A model generated the notes under the pieces. The model saw nothing but the letters and a program-made list of their open reading frames with translations. It did not search any database and was not told the DNA's origin. Shown in pieces: positions 25,424 through 32,000 of a stretch of DNA of 32,000 bases. The stretch is from Copranaerobaculum intestinale (lineage in GTDB: Bacteria > Bacillota_I > Bacilli_A > Erysipelotrichales > Erysipelotrichaceae): contig NZ_WUUQ01000001.1 in the NCBI RefSeq assembly GCF_009831105.1, forward strand, positions 630,001-662,000, given 5' to 3'. Every line of letters starts with the position of its first letter. Within the stretch, counting starts at the first letter, position 1. Made by a program: the position numbers and the translations under genes.

Positions 25424-28400
25424 ATGAAAAAAGAAAATTACATTATGGGACTAGATTTGGGAGTTGGATCGGTTGGCTGGAGCTGCATGGCAGTAAATGA
25501 TAATCATGAGCCGTGCCGTTTGATTGCCGCAAACAGTAGAATTTTTCCATCGAAAAACGGAAGCATGGAAGAACGCAGAAACGCACGGGGATTAAGAAGA
25601 TTGATTCGCCGTAAAAAAGCCCGCATCAAAAAAGTAAAAAATTTATTTGTGGAATATGATTTCTTTACAAAAGAGCAGATCAATGAATTTTTTGATTTTG
25701 AAGCAAAAAATTATGAAAATCCTTATCGCTTGAAATGTCGTGGACTCACTTCAGCTTTAACAAAGGAAGAATTATTGATCTGTTTGGTTCATTATGCAAA
25801 ATATCGTGGCTTTAGGAGTAATCGAAAGAATAAGGAAGTAGCTAAGGATACCAAAAGTGCGAGTGAAGAACAGAAATTATTATATTCTATTGAACAAACA
25901 CAAACTTTTTTGGATGAAAATAATTGTACTATTTCTCAATATATTTTAAGTGATCCAAAATTTAAAGATAAGATCAAAAATACAAGTGGCAATTTCAAAA
26001 TTGGTGTGACCAGAAAAATGATCACCGATGAAGCAGAGCAGGTATTGGATACCCAGATTACATGTGGATTAATTGATGATTCTTTCAAAAAATCTTATTT
26101 AGATATATTAACATATCAGCGTTCCTTTTCAGAAGGACCTGAATCCGGTCCCTATAGCAATCCAATAGTTCATATGATTGGTACCTGTTCATTTGATAAA
26201 CAATTGCGAGCACCGATAGCAGCACCTACCTATGAAGTATTCATACTGCTTCAAAAGCTCACAAATATTTACTACTATAAAGATTCATATCGAGATAAAA
26301 AGCAGCTGTCTGTAGAACAAATACAGGCAATTGTGGAGAAGGCGAAGAAAACAAAAGAAATTAAGTATAAACATGTGATGGAAATTATCGGTGAGGATGT
26401 TCATTTTACGGGTTTAACATTAAGCCGAAAGGATTATGCGGAAATCAATAAGAAAGGTAAAAAGCATCCTGAACGCAATCTTGACGATTTGCGAAAGAAA
26501 CAAAAACTAGAAACTTCAATATGTAAAATGGAGATAACATCTTATTTTAAAAATGCGTTTAAGAAAGTCCATCGGATTGATGATTTAAAGCTTTTGGATG
26601 AAATAGCAGACTTGCTTTCAAAATATAAAACGGATAAGGAAATAGAAAAGTACTTAGATCATGATGATTATCCATTGTTGAGACAACAAGACGAGGATAT
26701 CAAGGGTGTAGTGAAAGGTCTTGATGAGGGAAAGTTCATACGATTCGGTAAGTTATCTTTCCATGTTTTGTATGAAATTGTTCCTTTGATGTTGGAAAAA
26801 GGATATATGTATTCGGATGCTATGAGAGAAGCAGGCTTTGATCACGTGAATAAAAAAAGCGATGATAAGGTACATGATCAGCTTCCATCAGTTTCAGATA
26901 TTTTTGACGATTTAGATATGAGCGTAACAAATCGTTGTGTGCGTACGACCTTGCAGGAAACCAAGAATCTTATCAATGCGTTAATTCGTAAATATGGAAA
27001 ACCGGAAGAAATCCATGTTGAAGTAGCTCGCGAACTCACAAAAGATGAAAATGAAAGAGCGAAAATCATGGATTCACAAATATCGAATAAAGTAGAAAAA
27101 ATCAACTTAAAACGACAAATTTTAAGCAAGTTTGATTGTTTTTATTCAGAAGATCAAATCAAACATAATGATCTGTTGAAGTATAAACTTTTTATTGAGC
27201 AGAAAGGTATTGATCCCTATATGCTGGCTTATACAAATGATGAGAATGTATCAAAAATACATGAAAAGGATATTTTTGATAATGATGCTTATGAAATTGA
27301 TCATATTTTGCCTTATTCAATGTGTTTCAATGATCTTTATTCTAATAAAGTATTGGTATCGACAAAAATGAACCGTGAAAAAGGAAATCGGATTCCGTAT
27401 GAAGCATTTCATGCCCGTCCGGGATTTTTGAAATTTCAAAGTTGGGTGTATAAGAATATTCATGATGCACGCAAGCGAGAAAATTATCTAACAAAGAAAG
27501 TAACAGAAGAAATGTTAGAAGAGTTTAGTGCGAGGGCATTAAACGATACCCGGTATGCTACAAAAGTTCTTTGCAAAATTATTTCTTATTATTTTTCTGA
27601 TGTGAAGGTGAGAAGCTTCACCGGACAAGTTACATCAAAATTAAAAGGAATATGGCATTTGAATACTCTTACTCACTCTTATCAAAGTGGAGATCTTTTA
27701 CGTCATGATAAACGAGACGAGAAGTTGGATCAGCTGTATAAGCGTATGGATGATGAAATGGATATTATCAAGCAAAAGGAAATCAAAAGTAAGATTATCT
27801 CAATGGAAAAAGATATAGAGAAAAAAGATCGAAGCAATCATTTGCACCATGCACTTGATGCGACGATCATCGCCTGCGCAACCGATACTTTAAGAAGACG
27901 AATTGAGATGCATGAAATGTATATTCGTCAAAGAACGCTGAATATACAGCGATATCGCATACCGGTTATTGAAGAAAAGACCGGAGAATTGAAAGAATAT
28001 CGTTATGAAGAAAAGGCAACACAAGATTTAAGCGATTATTTTGATATTACTAAGAATATGAATTATCGCCAATTTCCGGTACCTTATGCTAATTTTGTTG
28101 AAGAAATTAAACTGAGAATTTATGAACGAGATGAGGAAGTGCTGAGAAAATCACTCTGTACTTTCCCAAATTACACAAAAGAACAAATTGAAAAAGTTAA
28201 GCCATTGATGATTTCTCATAAAATTATTAAAAAACAAAATAGCAGATTACATGAAGCTACCATTATGGGGGTGAGAAAGAATCCTGAAAATCAACAAGAA
28301 ATTGTATTAACAAAACGTATTAGCATTGATAAAGATAGCTTTAAGCTTGATAGTGTAGAAAAAATATATGATTCTAAAGGTACACAAAAAGCGATATATG

Positions 28401-28996
28401 ATGCAGTTAAGGTGTGGCTAGCTGGTTACGATAATGGTTCAAAGGCGTACACTGCTCATCAGGGATATCCAATTGCACCCAATGGACATGAGATTAAAAA
28501 AGTGAAAATAAATTTAGAAGATGTGAAAGAAAGAATCTGTATACATCCTGAGAAAAAACAATATGTGGATAAAGATGATGTAATCCAGGTATATGTTTAT
28601 AAGCGTAAAGATGATGATCGATTATATTTTGCTGGAATGGATCAGTATCGTTTAATGAACTTGGATAAAAATCCGATGATAATGTTGTGGTATGGACAAG
28701 ATAAAAACTTTAAATATGTGCTTTACAATGATCTTGAAAAAGAAGGTTACATACCTTATTTAAAATTAAACCGGAATCAACTCATTCGGATAACCCTACA
28801 GTCAGGAGTAGAAGGAATATGTTTAGCAGGAGGAACTTCATCTGGAATGTTTGAAGTATATAGCATTTTAGGCGATGGTTTGGATTTACTTGCATCAGGA
28901 ATCCAAAGACAGGTTAAAACCCGATATCAAATAACAGTGTCCACAATCAAAGATATCCAAATTCTTCACTCTAATATTTTAGGAGAAATATTTTAA
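25424..28996 (+). CDS. cas9: Cas9 (type II-A, 1190 aa)
   Basis: RuvC-I IMGLDLGVGSVGWS, Arg-rich bridge helix RRNARGLRRLIRRKKARI, HNH YEIDHILPYS...NKVLV...N..KGNRIPYE, and RuvC-III NHLHHALDATIIAC. AGGAGG RBS at 25409-25414. Confidence 0.95.
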   Translation: MKKENYIMGLDLGVGSVGWSCMAVNDNHEPCRLIAANSRIFPSKNGSMEERRNARGLRRLIRRKKARIKKVKNLFVEYDFFTKEQINEFFDFEAKNYENPYRLKCRGLTSALTKEELLICLVHYAKYRGFRSNRKNKEVAKDTKSASEEQKLLYSIEQTQTFLDENNCTISQYILSDPKFKDKIKNTSGNFKIGVTRKMITDEAEQVLDTQITCGLIDDSFKKSYLDILTYQRSFSEGPESGPYSNPIVHMIGTCSFDKQLRAPIAAPTYEVFILLQKLTNIYYYKDSYRDKKQLSVEQIQAIVEKAKKTKEIKYKHVMEIIGEDVHFTGLTLSRKDYAEINKKGKKHPERNLDDLRKKQKLETSICKMEITSYFKNAFKKVHRIDDLKLLDEIADLLSKYKTDKEIEKYLDHDDYPLLRQQDEDIKGVVKGLDEGKFIRFGKLSFHVLYEIVPLMLEKGYMYSDAMREAGFDHVNKKSDDKVHDQLPSVSDIFDDLDMSVTNRCVRTTLQETKNLINALIRKYGKPEEIHVEVARELTKDENERAKIMDSQISNKVEKINLKRQILSKFDCFYSEDQIKHNDLLKYKLFIEQKGIDPYMLAYTNDENVSKIHEKDIFDNDAYEIDHILPYSMCFNDLYSNKVLVSTKMNREKGNRIPYEAFHARPGFLKFQSWVYKNIHDARKRENYLTKKVTEEMLEEFSARALNDTRYATKVLCKIISYYFSDVKVRSFTGQVTSKLKGIWHLNTLTHSYQSGDLLRHDKRDEKLDQLYKRMDDEMDIIKQKEIKSKIISMEKDIEKKDRSNHLHHALDATIIACATDTLRRRIEMHEMYIRQRTLNIQRYRIPVIEEKTGELKEYRYEEKATQDLSDYFDITKNMNYRQFPVPYANFVEEIKLRIYERDEEVLRKSLCTFPNYTKEQIEKVKPLMISHKIIKKQNSRLHEATIMGVRKNPENQQEIVLTKRISIDKDSFKLDSVEKIYDSKGTQKAIYDAVKVWLAGYDNGSKAYTAHQGYPIAPNGHEIKKVKINLEDVKERICIHPEKKQYVDKDDVIQVYVYKRKDDDRLYFAGMDQYRLMNLDKNPMIMLWYGQDKNFKYVLYNDLEKEGYIPYLKLNRNQLIRITLQSGVEGICLAGGTSSGMFEVYSILGDGLDLLASGIQRQVKTRYQITVSTIKDIQILHSNILGEIF

Positions 28997-29910
28997 TGGG
29001 TTATCGACAAATATATATTCGGAAAGCGAATAAACTGGCTGTAAAACATCATTCTTTAATAATACTAAATGATACTCAAGAATTAGATATTCCGTTAGAA
29101 GACATAGCAAGCATTTTATTGGAAGATCAGCGGACGGTTATCACTTCTCGATTACTTTCTGCTTTATCGGAAAACTATATAACTTTCATTATTTGCAATG
29201 AGCGTTATCAACCTTCGTCCATATCAATGCCAATATACATGCATTACCGACAATTGAAAGTATTTTATCAACAAATGGAAGTTAAAAAACCTTTATTATC
29301 CCAGATATGGGCAGGTATTGTAAAAGCTAAAATTATGAATCAGATAAACATCCTGGAATTGAATAAGTGCAGTGATGAAAAAATACAGAAATTAAAAACC
29401 GAAGTAAAACAAATTCAATCTGGTGATAAAACAAATCGAGAAGCTGTTTGTGCAAAACTATTTTTTAATGCTCTTTATGGTTCGTTTTTTATAAGGGATC
29501 ATACCGGAGATGATGGCATCAATATGGCGCTGAATTATGGATATACGATCATCGCCGCGCAAATTACCCGGGTTTTGACCATGTATGGTTTTCATACCAT
29601 GCTAGGTATTCATCACTGTTCACAACAAAATAATTTCAATCTTAGTTATGATTTTGTAGAACCTTTCCGGGCGATCATAGATAAATATGTATATGATCAT
29701 AAGGATGAGCTTGATTCCTCACTGGCGATCCAAACAAGAAAAGATTTGATAGCCTTGCTTCAAGAAAGTGTGATCATAAATGATAAACGTTTTTCTGTTC
29801 AAAACGCGATTGAAGAAATGGTTTTAAGCTATATAAAATGTTTAGATAATAATGATTCCTCTTATTTTGTAACACCTATATTACTTTATGAATCAGGAAG
29901 CAATTTCTAG
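28996..29910 (+). CDS. cas1: Cas1 (type II)
   Basis: Collinear with S. pyogenes Cas1 (...NREAVCAKLFFNALYG..., LNYGYTIIAAQ..., FNLSYDFVEPFRAIIDK). The start overlaps the cas9 stop (TAATG). Confidence 0.93.
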   Translation: MGYRQIYIRKANKLAVKHHSLIILNDTQELDIPLEDIASILLEDQRTVITSRLLSALSENYITFIICNERYQPSSISMPIYMHYRQLKVFYQQMEVKKPLLSQIWAGIVKAKIMNQINILELNKCSDEKIQKLKTEVKQIQSGDKTNREAVCAKLFFNALYGSFFIRDHTGDDGINMALNYGYTIIAAQITRVLTMYGFHTMLGIHHCSQQNNFNLSYDFVEPFRAIIDKYVYDHKDELDSSLAIQTRKDLIALLQESVIINDKRFSVQNAIEEMVLSYIKCLDNNDSSYFVTPILLYESGSNF

Positions 29911-30232
29911 TTTTCGAATCATGCGTTTGATTGTATTGTTTGATTTGCCTATGCAGACAAATAGTGAAAAAAGAGAATATCAACATTATCGTAAATTTTT
30001 ATTAGAAGATGGATTTCAAATGCTTCAGTTTTCTGTTTATATAAGATTCTGTAAAAATATACAAGATGCTTCAAAACACACAGCAAGAGTGAGTGCGTTA
30101 ACTCCAAAGAAAGGAAATATCAGAATATTAAGTATTACGGAAAAGCAATTTGAAGATATGATACTTGTGCTCGGTGAGAAAATTCCAAGCGAGTATATTG
30201 TCAATGAACAATACACAATGGTGATAGAATGA
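29888..30232 (+). CDS. cas2: Cas2 (type II)
   Basis: SSFRIMRLIVLFDLP...REYQHYRKFLLEDGFQMLQFSVY...KKGNIRILSITEKQF closely parallels S. pyogenes Cas2. It overlaps the cas1 end by 23 nt. An alternative ATG at 29921 would remove the conserved SFRIM residues. Confidence 0.9.
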   Translation: MNQEAISSFRIMRLIVLFDLPMQTNSEKREYQHYRKFLLEDGFQMLQFSVYIRFCKNIQDASKHTARVSALTPKKGNIRILSITEKQFEDMILVLGEKIPSEYIVNEQYTMVIE

Positions 30233-31107
30233 AAATCTTATGTAATTATAATGAACGTATAAAAGAAATGTATTTCGAGAAGATCGTCTTTTTCCATGGT
30301 AATCACAACAACTTGAATACCTTATATCAAACTGTTTTAAATGGATTAAACGGACAAGATAAGAGTTTCCTTTTAAATAATCAAATAATCGAGAAAAAGG
30401 AACTTAATGTTATTGAATTTGATAATAATGGAATTATAGATGATTTGAAGTTTACAGCAAAGAGTTACTTTAGTAAATTAATGCAGATACAGATAAATAC
30501 TGATGAACTTGAAGAAATAAAAGACGAATATGATTTAATCAATGTGAAATTGGCAAATTTAGTAGCGCATTCTTTCTGTAATTTGCATAGCAAATATATG
30601 TTCATAAACCCTCATTTATCTAATTTTTGTATAGAAAAATATATTCAAGACAGTTTTAGTTTTGTAAACAAAGAGGAAATTGATTTTGCCACGAATACTG
30701 AATTACAATTATGTATCGTATTAGAATTCATTAATAGCCATCCTGAAACATTCTATCATGTTTTAATTAAAGATTTAGATCGTAATTTGGATTTATCTCA
30801 GATTCTTTATATTATAGAGATCATGAAGACTGTATCCAATGCTTCATTTTATATATTTTTACGATGCTTTGAATTATATGAAGCATATCATAATTTTGAA
30901 CAATATTTAGTCCTGGAGAATACTGTTTTGCATCGTGTTGAGGAAGAACAGAATTGTATATATAGCCCACTATTAACGCCAAAAGAAAATGAGTATTATA
31001 GTAAAGCTATGACGTATTTAAAACACAAAAAATTGTATGATGAAAGTACTTCTAAGCATCCTGAAATTTTTAAAAGTGACATAATTGATGTAATATTACG
31101 TGAATAA
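30229..31107 (+). CDS. csn2: Csn2-position protein (292 aa), divergent Csn2-like
   Basis: It is the fourth gene of a cas9-cas1-cas2 operon, lies immediately before the array, and is ATGA-coupled to cas2. It shows only loose pattern similarity to known Csn2 sequences, so the assignment rests mainly on position. Confidence 0.6.
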   Translation: MKILCNYNERIKEMYFEKIVFFHGNHNNLNTLYQTVLNGLNGQDKSFLLNNQIIEKKELNVIEFDNNGIIDDLKFTAKSYFSKLMQIQINTDELEEIKDEYDLINVKLANLVAHSFCNLHSKYMFINPHLSNFCIEKYIQDSFSFVNKEEIDFATNTELQLCIVLEFINSHPETFYHVLIKDLDRNLDLSQILYIIEIMKTVSNASFYIFLRCFELYEAYHNFEQYLVLENTVLHRVEEEQNCIYSPLLTPKENEYYSKAMTYLKHKKLYDESTSKHPEIFKSDIIDVILRE

Positions 31108-31146
31108 TGTATGAATTCCTATAAAATATATATTAAATAACTAGCG

Positions 31147-31172
31147 AAAGCCCTGTTACAATGGGCTTTTTT
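31147..31172 (+). terminator. rho-independent terminator after the cas operon
   Basis: AAAGCCC - 9-nt loop - GGGCTTT followed by a T-run. Confidence 0.7.
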
Positions 31173-31192
31173 ACTTATATATATTGATATCT

Positions 31193-31822
31193 AATAGAGA
31201 ATCTTGTAAAATGAATTTGTACTTATACATTATGATTTTGAGGATAATAATGGGAAGCAATAGAGAATCTTGTAAAATGAATTTGTACTTATACCTGTGC
31301 AGAAGGTGGTAGCTGCTGGACAAGAATAGAGAATCTTGTAAAATGAATTTGTACTTATACCCTTTCACCTTCTATGGCTCTATGCAGATAAATAGAGAAT
31401 CTTGTAAAATGAATTTGTACTTATACCAGCGCTTATTATCCTCGTAAGTGGTAATGAAATAGAGAATCTTGTAAAATGAATTTGTACTTATACCATTGAG
31501 CGTTATCGGCACTACTGTAACATAATAGAGAATCTTGTAAAATGAATTTGTACTTATACAGCGCTATCAGCTGGTGTGCCTGCAACAAAATAGAGAATCT
31601 TGTAAAATGAATTTGTACTTATACTTTTCAATATATCTTGATATTGTAATTCTAAATAGAGAATCTTGTAAAATGAATTTGTACTTATACCAGCGCTTAT
31701 TATCCTCGTAAGTGGTAATGAAATAGAGAATCTTGTAAAATGAATTTGTACTTATACACAAAGACACCATCTTTGTTGATCTCAACAATAGAGAATCTTG
31801 TAAAAAGTTACAGAAATATATC
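31193..31822 (+). CRISPR. type II-A CRISPR array: 10 repeats (the last degenerate) and 9 spacers
   Basis: The 36-nt repeat AATAGAGAATCTTGTAAAATGAATTTGTACTTATAC starts at 31193, 31259, 31325, 31391, 31458, 31524, 31589, 31655 and 31722. A tenth copy at 31787 keeps only the first 19 nt. Spacers are 29-31 nt. The transcribed strand is inferred as + from the tracrRNA anti-repeat strand and from the degenerate repeat being cas-distal. Confidence 0.95.
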
Positions 31823-31922
31823 TATATTTGAAAGTACATTTAAAAAATTTGAATTTTACTGTTCATCGAAAATCTACAAATTAAAAAGATTGTCTTATAT
31901 GATTAGGACAATTTTCTTTTAA

Positions 31923-32000
31923 TTACATCATCAATTCCTTACATTCTTCCAAGGTTTCCTTAAAGAATGTGAATGCATCATCATAAACTTGATCATTGCG
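31923..32000 (-). CDS. 3' end of an unidentified minus-strand gene running off the window
   Basis: An open frame, ...RNDQVYDDAFTFFKETLEECKELMM*, ends at a TAA (31923-31925). A hairpin plus T-run at about 31887-31920 could serve as its terminator. Only 25 codons are visible. Confidence 0.25.
   Translation of the reverse strand, partial: RNDQVYDDAFTFFKETLEECKELMM

Noticed and set aside
31193-31822. Self-targeting spacers against this window, and a resemblance of spacer 7 (ATATATCTTGATATT) to the leader (ATATATTGATAT).
   Set aside because: By eye I found no 20+ nt match of any spacer elsewhere in the window. The spacer-7/leader similarity is short, gapped and AT-rich, so it is probably chance. 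A proper alignment search is needed to be sure.
31171-31922. Track ORFs 31171-31368 (-), 31567-31788 (-) and 31740-31922 (+) with reiterated YKYKFILQDSL peptides.
   Set aside because: They are translations of the CRISPR repeats. The periodic peptide simply mirrors the 66-nt repeat-spacer unit, so they are not genes.

Overview
This is a low-GC Firmicute (Bacillota) chromosomal window; the gene content looks Erysipelotrichia- or Clostridia-like, and I cannot name the species. Positions 1-23100 are ordinary housekeeping DNA, roughly low-40s %GC by eye. They hold a cold-shock protein; a frameshifted Cache-GGDEF diguanylate cyclase plus a degenerate GGDEF partner; asd; a PheB-like ACT protein; a Lit/TIGR01906 membrane protein; maf; tRNA-Thr(GGT); a YjzC-like small protein; a Cof-type HAD hydrolase; the conserved cdaA-cdaR-glmM operon; an OmpR/HisKA two-component pair; an alpha/beta hydrolase; murF; ddl; an HD hydrolase; a cytosolic LRR protein; and a DEAD-box helicase. 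At about 23100 the composition drops to roughly 30% GC and stays there to the window end. This AT-rich island carries a complete type II-A CRISPR-Cas locus: tracrRNA, cas9 (1190 aa), cas1, cas2, a csn2-position gene, and a 10-repeat array with 36-nt repeats and 29-31-nt spacers. The most interesting part is the unannotated module at the head of the island (23294-25187). It consists of a WYL-domain HTH regulator transcribed divergently from a two-gene operon, which encodes a Cys-rich zinc-ribbon-like protein and a small stand-alone HIRAN-domain protein. That operon points straight into the tracrRNA-cas9 unit. The tracrRNA has its own strong promoter and terminator, and the terminator abuts the cas9 RBS, so no space remains for an independent cas9 promoter. 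The tracrRNA 5' end also carries a partial repeat copy and a thrice-repeated TGCAAGA motif. All calls come from reading the sequence and translations by eye; no database searches were run.
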